Shown piece by piece: positions 16,741 through 27,568 of a stretch of 64,000 bases of DNA. Each line of letters starts with the position of its first letter. Within the stretch, counting starts at the first letter, position 1. Position numbers and translations under genes: made by a program. Origin of the DNA: Thermodesulfobacteriota bacterium (GTDB taxonomy: Bacteria; Desulfobacterota; Binatia; Bin18); NCBI GenBank assembly GCA_964291405.2, contig OZ219926.1, positions 3,168,001-3,232,000 on the forward strand. Direction: 5' to 3'. The notes under the pieces are model-generated. The model was not told the origin of the DNA. It did not search any database and saw only the letters and a program-made list of their open reading frames with translations.

Positions 16741-18891
16741 TCAGCGTTGCCAGCGCGCTCGGCGGCCGCGGGACAGGGCTTTGTTTGCGCTGCGCGCAGC
16801 GGCCCTTTTCGGGCGACCCCGTGCGACCGGTTTCTTGGTTGGTGATATCGGCGTTTCTGAGGCCGTGGGTGCAGCAGCGGCTGCTTCACCGGGTAAACCC
16901 AGGGCACGCCGTTCCAAATCCTGCACGCGGTCACGGAGCTCTGCGGCCTGTTCAAAGTCCAGGGCCGCGGCCGCGGCCTTCATTTCCTTGCGGGTCTGTT
17001 CGATCAGTTTGGGCAGGTCTTGAGCAGCAATATATTCTTTGCTGTCCTCAGAAACGATGGGGACCGTCATATGATCGGCTTCATAGACCTTCACCAGGGG
17101 CGAAGACAGGGCCTTGCGAATACTCTCGGGGGTGATGCCGTGCCGCTTATTATACCTGGACTGGATGCGCCGCCGCCGCAGGGTTTCATCAATGGCCCGC
17201 TGCATCGAATCGGTAATTTTATCGGCGTAGAGGAGGACGGTCCCATGCACATTCCGGGCGGCCCGGCCAATGGTCTGGATCAGGGAACGCTCAGAGCGCA
17301 AATAGCCCTCTTTGTCTGCATCCAAAATGGCCACCAGAGAGACCTCGGGAATATCGAGCCCCTCACGGAGGAGGTTGATGCCAATCAGGACATCGAAGCG
17401 GCCCTGGCGCAGCGCGCGGATAATTTCTACCCGCTCAATCGTGTCGATATCCGAGTGGAGATAGCGAACCCGAACGCCTATTTCCTGATAGTAATCGGTC
17501 AGATCCTCAGCCAGCCGTTTGGTCAGGGTGGTGGTCAGCACCCGCTCGCCTTTTTCACTCCGCAGCCGGATTTCTTCCAGCAGATCGTCGACCTGTTCCC
17601 CGGCCGGTCGGACCGCAATTTCGGGGTCTAACAGGCCGGTGGGACGAATGAGCTGTTCAACCACGCGGCCGTTACTCTGTTCGCGTTCATAGTCACCCGG
17701 TGTCGCCGAGACGTAGACTGTCTGGCCGGCGCGCCGCTCGAATTCATGAAAGCTGAGGGGTCGGTTATCCAGGGCAGAGGGTAGCCGAAAGCCATACTCC
17801 ACCAGGGTGGTTTTGCGCGAGCGGTCGCCACGGTACATGCCGCCAATCTGGGGGACGGTGACATGGCTCTCGTCAATAAAGACGAGGTAGTCGTCGGGAA
17901 AATAGTTGAGCAGTGTATGGGGCGGTTCTCCCGGCTGCCGGCCATCCAGATGGCGCGAGTAATTCTCAATGCCCGGACAAAAGCCCATTTCGCGCAAGAG
18001 CGCGAGATCGTACAGGGTGCGCTGCTCCAGGCGTTGGCTCTCAAGGAGTTTGTCTTCCTGTTGCAGTTCTTTGAGCCGCTCTGCCAGTTCCTCTTGGATT
18101 GCCTGCGTGGCGCGTTTCAGCCGGCCGGAGGTGGTGACATAGTGACTGGCCGGATAAATGGCGATTTTATCCAGCCGACGCAGCACCTTGCCCCTGAGCG
18201 GATCGATCTCGGCAATTGTCTCAACCGTATCGCCAAAGAATTCAATCCGTACCGCCCGGCTCTCCTCATAGGCGGGAAAGACCTCGACCACATCGCCTCG
18301 GACCCGAAACGTGCCGCGATGAAAATCAAAGTCGTTACGCTGGTACTGAATATCGACCAGCTTGCGGAGTAGCGCGTCCCGGTCCACCTCGCTGCCTTCT
18401 TCGACAAAGAGGATGAGATCAAAATAGGATTCGGGCGATCCGAGCCCATAGATGCACGAAACACTGGCGACGATAATGGTATCGCGCCGCTCTAACAGCG
18501 CCTTGGTGGCGGAGTGGCGCATCTTATCGATTTCTTCGTTAATCGAGGCGTCCTTCTCCACATAGGTATCGCTCTGGGGGACGTAGGCTTCGGGCTGATA
18601 GTAATCGTAATAACTGACGAAGTAGCGGACCGCGTTGTCCGGGAAGAGTTCCTTGAATTCATTATAGAGCTGGGCCGCCAGCGTTTTATTGGGCGCCATC
18701 ACCAGCGCCGGCCGGTTCAGCCGGGCAATGACATGCGCCATGGAAAAGGTTTTGCCCGAACCGGTCACACCCAGCAGCACCTGATGTGGTAGTCCGTCTT
18801 GCAAGCCTTGGGTGAGTTGATCGATCGCCTGGGGCTGGTCGCCCTGGGGCTGAAAGTCTGAGACGAGTTTGAAGGCGGCGTGGGTTGGCAT
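16741..18891 (-). CDS. uvrB: Excinuclease ABC subunit B
   Basis: [56 protein letters not shown] coil. Confidence 0.99.
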   Translation of the reverse strand: MPTHAAFKLVSDFQPQGDQPQAIDQLTQGLQDGLPHQVLLGVTGSGKTFSMAHVIARLNRPALVMAPNKTLAAQLYNEFKELFPDNAVRYFVSYYDYYQPEAYVPQSDTYVEKDASINEEIDKMRHSATKALLERRDTIIVASVSCIYGLGSPESYFDLILFVEEGSEVDRDALLRKLVDIQYQRNDFDFHRGTFRVRGDVVEVFPAYEESRAVRIEFFGDTVETIAEIDPLRGKVLRRLDKIAIYPASHYVTTSGRLKRATQAIQEELAERLKELQQEDKLLESQRLEQRTLYDLALLREMGFCPGIENYSRHLDGRQPGEPPHTLLNYFPDDYLVFIDESHVTVPQIGGMYRGDRSRKTTLVEYGFRLPSALDNRPLSFHEFERRAGQTVYVSATPGDYEREQSNGRVVEQLIRPTGLLDPEIAVRPAGEQVDDLLEEIRLRSEKGERVLTTTLTKRLAEDLTDYYQEIGVRVRYLHSDIDTIERVEIIRALRQGRFDVLIGINLLREGLDIPEVSLVAILDADKEGYLRSERSLIQTIGRAARNVHGTVLLYADKITDSMQRAIDETLRRRRIQSRYNKRHGITPESIRKALSSPLVKVYEADHMTVPIVSEDSKEYIAAQDLPKLIEQTRKEMKAAAAALDFEQAAELRDRVQDLERRALGLPGEAAAAAPTASETPISPTKKPVARGRPKRAAARSANKALSRGRRARWQR

Positions 18892-19018
18892 GCCAGCGCA
18901 TCATAGCAAGGAAGTGGGAGAGGGTCAGCCCTGGAAGCGAACGAACAGGTGCTCCCGTTGCAATCAGTGCAGGGTTATGGCTCACTACACGTATCCTAGC
19001 GCAGTGAAGGAGGACGGT

Positions 19019-19432
19019 ATGATCCAGCAGTGGTGGAGCATCACACGAACAACGCTGAGCCTGCTCGCACTCGGAGCGGTGACGGTCACGCCTGCGGCCT
19101 GGGCCGACCAGCATGCTGAAGGAGAGGCGGCCGCGGTGCGGAAATTTACGGTTGTCAATGTGTTATACGAGGGCGACAAGATGTTTGTTCCCTCCGTGCT
19201 GATCGCCGAGCAGGGCGACACGGTCCGGATCAAGGTGGTGAATAAAATCCCCGGCGAGCCGCCCAACCACGGCTTTGCCATTCCGGCCTTTGACATCGAA
19301 GAGGTAGTCAACAGCGGCGAGACCAAGACGGTCGAGTTCGTGGCCGACAAGGCCGGTCTGTTTGACGTGAAGTGCCAGCTCCACCCCGCCCACCTCTCTG
19401 CCCAACTGATTGTGCATGAGGGGGGGAAGTAG
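19019..19432 (+). CDS. Secreted cupredoxin, nitrosocyanin-like
   Basis: Signal peptide ending AWA; HGFAIPAFDIEEVVNSGETKTVEFVADKAG...CQLHPAH. Confidence 0.8.
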   Translation: MIQQWWSITRTTLSLLALGAVTVTPAAWADQHAEGEAAAVRKFTVVNVLYEGDKMFVPSVLIAEQGDTVRIKVVNKIPGEPPNHGFAIPAFDIEEVVNSGETKTVEFVADKAGLFDVKCQLHPAHLSAQLIVHEGGK

Positions 19433-19502
19433 AGAAGAGCGCGGCGTTTTCCCGCTGCTCCAGGGGCAGTTCTGCGGGCTGTTACCCCGGAGCAGCTCTG
19501 TT

Positions 19503-20246
19503 CTACGAATCCCCGCCCACCAGGGGGACAAAGCGGACCAGCCCCAGGTTTTCCTCGACAATCCGGCCGTTCCGTTTGTGGAGTCTCAGCAGGTGTTGTT
19601 CCTCGCCCCGGGCGACGGGTAGCACCAGCCGGCCACCCTCGGCGAGTTGTTCAATAAGCGCCGGCGGGATACGCGGAGCCGCGGCGGTGACGATAATCGC
19701 GTCATATGGGCTGTCTTTTTCCCAGCCAAGGTTCCCGTCGCCGAGCAGAACCGTCACATTGTCATAGCCGAGCTGGGCGAGCAGCTCACGCGCGGAGGAC
19801 ATCAACTCGGGCACAATTTCAATGGAATACACCTGTTTTGCCAGGAGGCTCAAAACCGCGGCCTGATAGCCGGAGCCCGTGCCGATTTCCAACACGCGCT
19901 CATCGCCGCCAAGTTCCAAACGCTCGCTCATGAGCGCCACGATGTACGGCTGGGAGATGGTCTGCCCCTGACCGATGGGGAGCGGGCCATCGTCGTACGC
20001 GTGGTCCCGGTAGGCGGGCGGGATAAACAGATGACGCGGGACCGTGGTGAGCGCGTGTAAGACGCGCTCATCCTGGATGCCCCGATTCCGTATCTGCTCT
20101 GTTACCATACGGTTCCGAGCGGCCTTGAAAGACGTGCCCTCGTAGCCGCTGTCAGTATTGGTCGTGCAGCCCGTGCTTGTCGGCAGACTACACCCCAGCC
20201 ACCATAAAATAGGTATGAGCCTGATAACAGCGTTGCGTGTTTTAAT
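19503..20246 (-). CDS. pcm: Protein-L-isoaspartate O-methyltransferase, probably with an N-terminal signal peptide (ATT start; minimal start 20108)
   Basis: PLPIGQGQTISQPYIVA, VLEIGTGSGYQAA, YDAIIVTAA, VRFVPL; frame is open upstream of ATG 20108 to ATT 20246, with AAGGAG 8 nt before it. Confidence 0.88.
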   Translation of the reverse strand: MKTRNAVIRLIPILWWLGCSLPTSTGCTTNTDSGYEGTSFKAARNRMVTEQIRNRGIQDERVLHALTTVPRHLFIPPAYRDHAYDDGPLPIGQGQTISQPYIVALMSERLELGGDERVLEIGTGSGYQAAVLSLLAKQVYSIEIVPELMSSARELLAQLGYDNVTVLLGDGNLGWEKDSPYDAIIVTAAAPRIPPALIEQLAEGGRLVLPVARGEEQHLLRLHKRNGRIVEENLGLVRFVPLVGGDS

Positions 20247-20281
20247 TTCTCGTTCTCCTTCTTCCGTCCATGATGACAGGC

Positions 20282-22569
20282 TCAGCCCTGATTACGCCAG
20301 GCAAAGGCGCCGGCCAACAGCGTCGCGCTGAGCGCTGGCCCCCAACCGGCTAGGGTGGGCGACAGAGTCCCGCCATAGCCGAGTGAGGCACACACCCCGG
20401 TCAACAGGACATAGCCGACGCCAAGGACGCTACTCACCAATAAGGTTACGGCCGGGCCCGGAAACGGCGGACCGTGCAGAGCAAAGAACAAGACGATAGC
20501 CGGGAGCAGCATGCAGGCCAGGGGCGCGGCGTATTTGACGTTGAGGTCAACGCGATAGGTGGTGACGTCATAGCCGGCCATTTCGGTCCCGGTGATTTCC
20601 TGGGCCAACTGCCAGACGCTCAGATGCATGGTGTCAAGCTGGATATCCGGGGCCTCCCCTAATCGGATAAGCGGCTCGGCCGGCTCTCGCTCGAGGCCGT
20701 TTTCCGAGATGCGAATCCGGACCGGATCATCCAGCTCCCACATTCCATCGCCGATGTGCCTGGCCCGGCGTGCGTCGGTCCGGCTGAGGGGTAAGCCCTG
20801 GTCTCCAAGTTCGTAGATCGACAGGTCGGTGGCTTCGTCCAGGGCCGGGTCGAGCCGGGTTGCCTGGGACACATGGCTACCGGCCCGGTACCAGACTATT
20901 TTCTGTAACACGCCGGTGGGGAGGGCGCGATCCTTGACTTCCGTCTCTTTGAGGCGGTCGGCCAGGGCGTTTGAGCGTGGCACGACGGATTCATTCAAGA
21001 CAAAGGAGAGGGGCGTGACGAGGCCGGCAACGAGGAGGATACAGGACAGTGTGCGGGTGGCTGAAATCCCGCACGCGCGCATGCCAATCAGTTCCCGGTG
21101 GAAGGACAGGAGACTGACGGTCAGGGCGGTGGCCAGCAGGAGGGCCATGGGAACGATCCGTGAGGCCAGCAGGGGGGTGCGGGCGCTGTAGAAGCGGAGG
21201 GCTTCGGCTGGCGTGGCATTGTGGCGGGCAAACCATTCGAGGCGTTCAAGAATATCAACCAGGAGATATCCCACGAGCAAAAAGCCGAAAGCCAAGCCCA
21301 GCATGAGAAGGTAGTGTTGCAGTACGTAGCGTGGCAGGAGGACCTGTCGCGTTTGGAGAGCCATTGGAGACGCTGCCTGGGCGGGATCCTGGACCGGCTG
21401 TCCATCGGGAGTGCGCCGTCTCACCCAGGGCCGGTCTTGTAGCCCGAGGAGGAGAGCGGCGAGCATACCAACAAGAATATTGGGCAGCCAGACTCCCAGC
21501 CCGACCGTCACCGCACCCGCCTGGACAAGTCCGTCGCCGAGTTGCGTCAAACCGTAATACACCACGCTAAGAACCAGTCCGAGGACGCCACCCGACGCGC
21601 GTGAGAAGCGTGGTCCCAGACAGGCGAGGGGCAGAGCTAACAGGCTGAAGACGAGACCGGCCGCGGGGGCTGCAAAACGACGATGCAGTTCGGTGCGAGC
21701 GCGGCGCGCTTCCGGACTCTCTCCTACGGTTTGGTCAATGAGAGCCTGCAACGAGAGCCGGGTGAGCGGCTGGACGGGCCAGGCCTCGGTGCTCTGTGGT
21801 TCCCGGATCACGGTCTCAAAGATCTGGAAGCGGGTCTCCCCGCCGCCTTCCTGGGGAGAGAGAAGAATAACGCCATCGTATAAAGCCAGCCGAGCAGTCC
21901 CATGCGCCAGGGGCTGTATACTCCCGCGTTCGGCAAAAAGCGTCTGCCCGGCAAAATAGTCCTGCCCCGTATCAGACACCCACAACAGCACGCCGCGCAG
22001 GGTATCGCCACGCGCTGAAATTTCTCGGGCGACCATACGGGTATCACCGAACTCATGCACGCTGCCGGGACGAAGCGCCACGCGGGGTTTTGCCGGATCA
22101 TACTGCGTAACGCGTCGTCCAGTGAGCGGAGGGCGGCCGGTGCGGTAAACAGAGAAAAGCCGAGCCCAAGGAGCGTCATGGCCGTGGCAAAGCCCAGAAT
22201 CGGCAGAACCAAATGCCGACGGGCCAGACCGGCAGCCTCAATGGCAAGCAACTCCCGGTCAGCCCGGAGACGGCCCAGCCCGACCAGGGTGCCCACGAGC
22301 ACGGCGAAGGGCAGGGTGCGAGAGAGGAGGGGGATCAACTCATAAAAGGCGATCCAACCTACCGCAGCAGGGCCCAGACCCCGATTGATCACCAGGTCAG
22401 AGAAGCCGAGCAGGTCTTTTGTCAATACCAGTGCGGTCAGCCCGAATAACGCCCACAGGGTTGGCGCAAACAATTCGGCGACAATATAAAAGCCGAGCGG
22501 TTGGCCGAGCTGTCGCGAAGAGCAAGAAGGGAGGACGCGCATTGCTGGAAGTCCATCTTTGGTTGCCAA
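20282..22569 (-). CDS. Fused LptF-LptG permease, split by a 1-nt frameshift near 22081
   Basis: Two YjgP/YjgQ units (GRLRADRELLAIEAAG and HRELIGMRACGIS); restoring one G joins RQNP-GV-ALRPG. Confidence 0.85.
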
Positions 22570-22645
22570 TAGCCTTATCCTGCTTGATTCGTTGCTTGTT
22601 TTCTCTTATACCGGGCAGAATAATTCGGCTACTGTGTAATAATCC

Positions 22646-23425
22646 ATGAAGGCTATTATTCTGAGCGCGGGGCAGGGCAAGCGCCTTTTGCCCCTCACCG
22701 AAACAACCCCTAAATGCCTGTTACCGGTTGATGGCAGTCGGCCCGCTCTGGAAATCCAACTCCAGACGCTGGCCGCGTGCGGCATTCAACGCGCAACGGT
22801 CATGGTCGGCTTTGGGGCAGACAAGGTGGAACAGTTTCTCGCCCGCTGTCCGCTGCCGGAGATTGAAGTGACCAGCCGCTTTAATCCTTTTTTTGCGATC
22901 TCGAACAATCTGGCCACATGCTGGACTGCCATCCCGGAGATGACCGAGGATTTTGTTCTGCTGAACGGCGATACCTTATTTGAGCCCGCGGTGTTAGAGC
23001 GCCTCCTGCTCGCTCCGTTCGCGGCTGTCAGTCTGGCAATTGATTGCAAGCCCAGCTATGACGACGATGACATGAAGGTCTCGATTCGGCGTGAGCGCAC
23101 CTTGGCCGCGGTGGGGAAGAACCTGTCACCGGCCGTCGTGCATGGCGAATCCATCGGACTCATGACTTTTCGTGCCACTGGCGTGTACGCCTTCCGGGTT
23201 GCTTTGGAGAAAGCCATGCGCGATCCGACCGCGCTCCAGCGCTGGTATTTGTCAGTCATTGATTCCATGGCCAACTCATCAATGGTCGAAGTGGCCTCAA
23301 TCGAAGGTCTGTGGTGGGCCGAGACCGACACGCCGGAAGACCTGGCGGACGTGCGGGCCTATTTTTCCTCTCAACGGACCACGCTCGCCGCTTTTGAAAC
23401 AGCCGCGCCAGTTGGCGAGCCATAA
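22646..23425 (+). CDS. Cytidylyltransferase (LicC/CpgD-like nucleotidyltransferase)
   Basis: ILSAGQGKRLLPLT..TPKCLL, LLNGDTLF, YDDDDMKV, GESIG, WAETDTPED. Confidence 0.88.
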   Translation: MKAIILSAGQGKRLLPLTETTPKCLLPVDGSRPALEIQLQTLAACGIQRATVMVGFGADKVEQFLARCPLPEIEVTSRFNPFFAISNNLATCWTAIPEMTEDFVLLNGDTLFEPAVLERLLLAPFAAVSLAIDCKPSYDDDDMKVSIRRERTLAAVGKNLSPAVVHGESIGLMTFRATGVYAFRVALEKAMRDPTALQRWYLSVIDSMANSSMVEVASIEGLWWAETDTPEDLADVRAYFSSQRTTLAAFETAAPVGEP

Positions 23426-23601
23426 GCATGGGCCGATCTGCCCGTGCCGAGCACCACCGGGGGTGCGTCCGGCTGAAACCAAGGATGATCGAGGGGCGCG
23501 TGTGCCTTGGTGTGCAGGTCTGGAGTGACAACAGGATTGTAGATAGTCGTGATACGCCCCCTGCGCTCAAGTCGGGGATGAAGAAAGCGAGATGGACCAT
23601 C

Positions 23602-24618
23602 TCACAAACTCGCGTGCACAGCCTGTCCCAAGCGTGCAACAATACCTTTCCGCAAAGGGGACTGAAAAAAAGCATTCCAGGCGTTTCGGCCCATACCGGC
23701 TCGGGCCGCCCAGCACGTTTGTAGCCATTTCTCACTTACTGCGCGGGCGAATGCCCGCTCGGAGTATCGCCGGACCCGTCGGTTGGCCGCTGTCAGTCCG
23801 AGCAACCACGCCTCGGCCCAATCAAGGTATGCGCGGTCTGGGACAAAGCGGAATTTTCGCATGCGCGACAGCATGAGGTGGGCGCGCAAATCTTCCTCCA
23901 CACAAGGCACACCTAAATTCGTAAGCTGATGTCGCACGATCTCGGCTTTTTTGGTGTTCCCGAGTTCCTGAGTACGGACGGTGATCTGGCCAGGATGGAC
24001 GCGGGCGTACGTCAAGACCTGCGGAAGATTGGCCATCTTGTGGCGCGCGGCAAGCCGCACGTGGAGGTCATAATCCTGACAGCGGGCAAAGCCGCTCCGG
24101 TATCCGTACTCCCGTAGCGTGGCGGTCCGGCCCATGATGGTGGTGTTAGTCAGGCTACAGCGGAACAAGAGTTGCGCGTGGATATCCGCTGAGTAGGTCG
24201 GCTGACGTTTGATCTTTCTCAGCACGCGCCCGTGCTCGTCCATGTCTTGCTTCCAGCCGCCGACTTGGACGTAGTCCGGGTGGCGGTCGAGAAAGGCCGC
24301 CTGTTTCTGGAGCCGCCCCGGGCGTGCCGCGTCGTCACTGTCGAGCAAGGCGATGTATTCGCCGCGCGCCAGTTCGAGCCCGCGGTTACGCGTACGAGGA
24401 ATCCCGAGGTTGCGCCCGTTACAGACGACGCGAACGCGAGGGTCGTCATAAGAGCGGAGCACTTCGACACTGCGGTCAGTCGAACCGTCGTCGATCAGCA
24501 GGAGCTCAAAATCCCGAAAGCTCTGTACCAGTACGCTGTCAATGGCCGCACCGACGTAGGCTTCCCGGTTATAGATCGGAATAAAGACGGTGACTTTGGG
24601 TGGATCGTGTGACGTCAT
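23602..24618 (-). CDS. Glycosyltransferase family 2
   Basis: VTVFIPIYNRE, IDDGSTD, ARGEYIALLDSDD, CQDYDL. Confidence 0.92.
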   Translation of the reverse strand: MTSHDPPKVTVFIPIYNREAYVGAAIDSVLVQSFRDFELLLIDDGSTDRSVEVLRSYDDPRVRVVCNGRNLGIPRTRNRGLELARGEYIALLDSDDAARPGRLQKQAAFLDRHPDYVQVGGWKQDMDEHGRVLRKIKRQPTYSADIHAQLLFRCSLTNTTIMGRTATLREYGYRSGFARCQDYDLHVRLAARHKMANLPQVLTYARVHPGQITVRTQELGNTKKAEIVRHQLTNLGVPCVEEDLRAHLMLSRMRKFRFVPDRAYLDWAEAWLLGLTAANRRVRRYSERAFARAVSEKWLQTCWAARAGMGRNAWNAFFQSPLRKGIVARLGQAVHASL

Positions 24619-24708
24619 AGCCGTGTGGAGGACTGACTTGCTTTGTGTCTCCCGTCTTGGATATACAACACGCGTCTTCTCAGGAATACTAAGCGCGGGG
24701 CGTCTCTC

Positions 24709-25509
24709 GTGCAACAGCAGATTGTCTACTGGCTGAGCCGTATGCTAACGCGTTTCCTCAACCTCCGTGGCCTCCGTTTGCGCAAGGCGAAAAGCCTGCA
24801 TTTTGTAACCATGAACGGACAACGCTTCAAGCGGCTACAGTTTGCCGACTCAGCTATTACTAGAGATATAGAACGCAATCTTGAAGCCTTCCGGGCTGAT
24901 GACATCTTCCCGCGATTAGTCACCCGCTACGAACACGAGATTTGGGTTGACTTTGTTGAGGGGGAGCGGCCCAGGCAGGTGACAGAGCAGGTCGTGCGTC
25001 AGGTCGCCGCATTCTATACGACCATTTACACCAAACATCCAACGCTGACCGACACCACCCAGACGGCCTTTCCTACCCGTCTTGCCCAAGACCTGCGTTT
25101 TTTACATCAGGTGGGTGTCCTGTCCGACCCCCTGTACGCACAGCTTCAGCGCGTCGTTGAGCAACTCGCGCCACCCCGGGTCTGGACAGGATTTGACTAC
25201 ACCGACCCGGTGCTCAAGAATTTTATTCTCAGCCACAAGAACGGAGGGCTCTACGCTATTGACGTTGAAGGGCTTGCTGACAACCAGTTGATCGGAATGG
25301 GCACGATCAAGGCGAGTCTGCGCTGGCTTGGGGAGTTCCGTCCACTTTTTTACACACACCTTGCCGAACTCGGTGCTCCTGACTTTCAGCCCTATTTGCC
25401 GTTTGTGGAGCTGTGTTTTCTGGCCAAATGGACTAAGCGGAATTTCTTTGAAGGAAAAAAGAAGAAGATCGATCCAGGGTTGTTTGAGCGGTTTTGCAAG
25501 AGATGTTGA
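24709..25509 (+). CDS. Hypothetical protein with APH/choline-kinase-like motifs
   Basis: FPRLV...WVDFVEGE, DYTDPVLKNF and AIDVE resemble kinase catalytic and metal-binding loops; start uncertain. Confidence 0.6.
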   Translation: MQQQIVYWLSRMLTRFLNLRGLRLRKAKSLHFVTMNGQRFKRLQFADSAITRDIERNLEAFRADDIFPRLVTRYEHEIWVDFVEGERPRQVTEQVVRQVAAFYTTIYTKHPTLTDTTQTAFPTRLAQDLRFLHQVGVLSDPLYAQLQRVVEQLAPPRVWTGFDYTDPVLKNFILSHKNGGLYAIDVEGLADNQLIGMGTIKASLRWLGEFRPLFYTHLAELGAPDFQPYLPFVELCFLAKWTKRNFFEGKKKKIDPGLFERFCKRC

Positions 25510-25580
25510 TCTTCTCGCTGGCTTCCCACTCCTGAACGATGACGGCATTGGGGGGACAAAGCGCCGCCGGGGGATATCCC

Positions 25581-26738
25581 TCACCCAACGTCAACGCCGT
25601 ACTCTTTCAGCAAGGTGCGACTGATCACGACATTTTGAATTTCCGTTGCGCCGTCCGTATAGTGGGTCATCTTGGCCATGGCCAGGTGCCGACCAAACGG
25701 GTAGTTGGTGCGTAAACCTTCTGCGCCCATGACCTGCATACACTGTGAGATGCCGCTAAAGGCCACGCGGCTGGCGAATTTCTTGGCATGGGCGGCCTCC
25801 ACAACGGCGCTCTCTCCCCGGTCCAGGGCCAGCGCGGCACGATAGGTCAGCAGACGGGCAGCCTCAAGCTCCGTTGCCACATCCGCGAGTTCCCATTGCA
25901 GACCCTGAAAGTTCAGAATCGACTTGCCAAAGGCGTGTCGCTTTGCTCCATACGCCAAAGCGGTCCTGAGGCTGGCCTGCAACATGCCGCAACAGCCCGC
26001 ACCAACAAACGTCCGCGCCATATTGATGCCCCGCATGGCGGCCTTGAATCCATCCCCTGGACCGAACAACAGATCGGCCTCGGAAACCGGACAGTTGGTC
26101 AGCCTGAGTCCCGTGACTCCCAGCGCCTGTCCGCCCAGCATGGTGTACTGGGGGGTGCGTTCAAGACCTGGAGTATCGCCAGCCAGCAGAAAGCTGGCAA
26201 TACCGCGCCATCCCAAGGCTGGGTCGGTTTGCGCATACACGCCGAACACATCCGCACTGACACCGTTTGTGACCCAGGCTTTCTCCCCGCTCAGCCGCCA
26301 GCCGTCGGACGATTGCTCGGCTCGTGTGGTAATCGCTGTGGCATCACTGCCGGCACCGGGCTCCGTCAGGCAAAACGCGCCGATTCTTTCCCCTGCCAAC
26401 ATCGGTGGAACGTAGCGTGCGATTTGCTCCGGGGTGCCATTACGCGCAATGGTGTTGAGCATGTTGTTGTGAACCCAGAGGCCAAAGGTAAAGGCAAAGC
26501 ACGCTCCGGCCAGTTCTTCCAGCATTTTGGCAGCCGCCAGGAAACTGGCGCCTTGTCCTCCGACTGATTTGGGTGCCAGTACGCCGGTCAGGCCCACGGC
26601 CGCCGCCTCCCGGAAAACAGCGTATGGTACTGTCCGGTTGAGGTCCCACTCTGCGGCAAAAGGCGCAATCTTTTCGACCGCAAACGTCCTCGCCGTTTCA
26701 ACCAATTGCGTTTCTCGGGCGCTTAGCTCACAATCCAT
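25581..26738 (-). CDS. Acyl-CoA dehydrogenase
   Basis: FCLTEPGAGSD, GEKAWVTNG, RHAFGKSI..FQGLQWELAD, DGATEIQ. Confidence 0.93.
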   Translation of the reverse strand: MDCELSARETQLVETARTFAVEKIAPFAAEWDLNRTVPYAVFREAAAVGLTGVLAPKSVGGQGASFLAAAKMLEELAGACFAFTFGLWVHNNMLNTIARNGTPEQIARYVPPMLAGERIGAFCLTEPGAGSDATAITTRAEQSSDGWRLSGEKAWVTNGVSADVFGVYAQTDPALGWRGIASFLLAGDTPGLERTPQYTMLGGQALGVTGLRLTNCPVSEADLLFGPGDGFKAAMRGINMARTFVGAGCCGMLQASLRTALAYGAKRHAFGKSILNFQGLQWELADVATELEAARLLTYRAALALDRGESAVVEAAHAKKFASRVAFSGISQCMQVMGAEGLRTNYPFGRHLAMAKMTHYTDGATEIQNVVISRTLLKEYGVDVG

Positions 26739-26802
26739 GCTGTCCTCGTATTTGCTCCAGTCGGCAGAACCTCTTAATGCTCTACACATGGGAGGAAAAC
26801 CG

Positions 26803-27507
26803 CTACCATTTTTCTCCGAACGGGCGTAACTCGACCAGAAACGACCAGGCCGACTTGGGCTGATGGGCGGTATGAAAAACCGTTTCCGCTAAATCCGCTG
26901 GCTGGGAAAAGAAATCCTTGGGCTTATCGGGGAGGCGCCGCCGGGCAAACGGCATATCGATCATGGCATCGACCACAATATAGGCCACATGAATTCCGTT
27001 TGGCCCCAACTCGCGAGCTAGGCTTTCGGCCAGGATACGTTGCCCGGCTTTGGTTGGCGACCAGCCGACAAAATTCGGCGTGCCACGCAGCGAGCCTGTA
27101 TTCCCGGTGACCATGAGAGAACCGGAGCCACGCTCTACCATCGCCGGAGCCAGCTCCTGGGCCAGGATCAGAAGGCCGGCGGTATTTATGCGGAAATTGA
27201 GGCTAAAATCCTCCATGCTGATGTCGCGATAATGTCCCAACGTCGCCCGCGCTGCGTTATACACGACGACTTCCGGGAGTCCGTGCTCGGCGACAATGTG
27301 GTTGAGCGTCTGACGGAATGCCCCTTCGTCGGCGATATCAACGGGAAATCCCGCACTCTTCTGGATTTCAGCAGCCCAGGACGCCAGCCGACCAGCATGC
27401 CGGGCAATCATCGATACCCGGTAGCCACCGGCCGCAAAGCGACGCACACACCCCATGCCTAAACCGGGCCCAACGCCGACTACTAAACAATGCGGGGAGG
27501 CAGTCAT
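26803..27507 (-). CDS. Short-chain dehydrogenase/reductase
   Basis: VVGVGPGLG, YNA, TKAGQRILAESLARELGP.GIHV. Confidence 0.9.
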   Translation of the reverse strand: MTASPHCLVVGVGPGLGMGCVRRFAAGGYRVSMIARHAGRLASWAAEIQKSAGFPVDIADEGAFRQTLNHIVAEHGLPEVVVYNAARATLGHYRDISMEDFSLNFRINTAGLLILAQELAPAMVERGSGSLMVTGNTGSLRGTPNFVGWSPTKAGQRILAESLARELGPNGIHVAYIVVDAMIDMPFARRRLPDKPKDFFSQPADLAETVFHTAHQPKSAWSFLVELRPFGEKW

Positions 27508-27568
27508 AATAAATTTCTCCTATGGTTAGAAAAGCAGGGGGCATTATTTCTGGCGGGCTCTACCGGTG

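Noticed and set aside
22070-22090. Programmed frameshifting in lptFG, the ABC exporter or the phosphotransferase
   Set aside because: No slippery heptamer at the shift sites; simple indels explain them
25581-27507. Acyl-CoA dehydrogenase and SDR as sphingolipid pathway members
   Set aside because: Generic families with no specific link, lying beside an insertion scar; not excluded but unsupported
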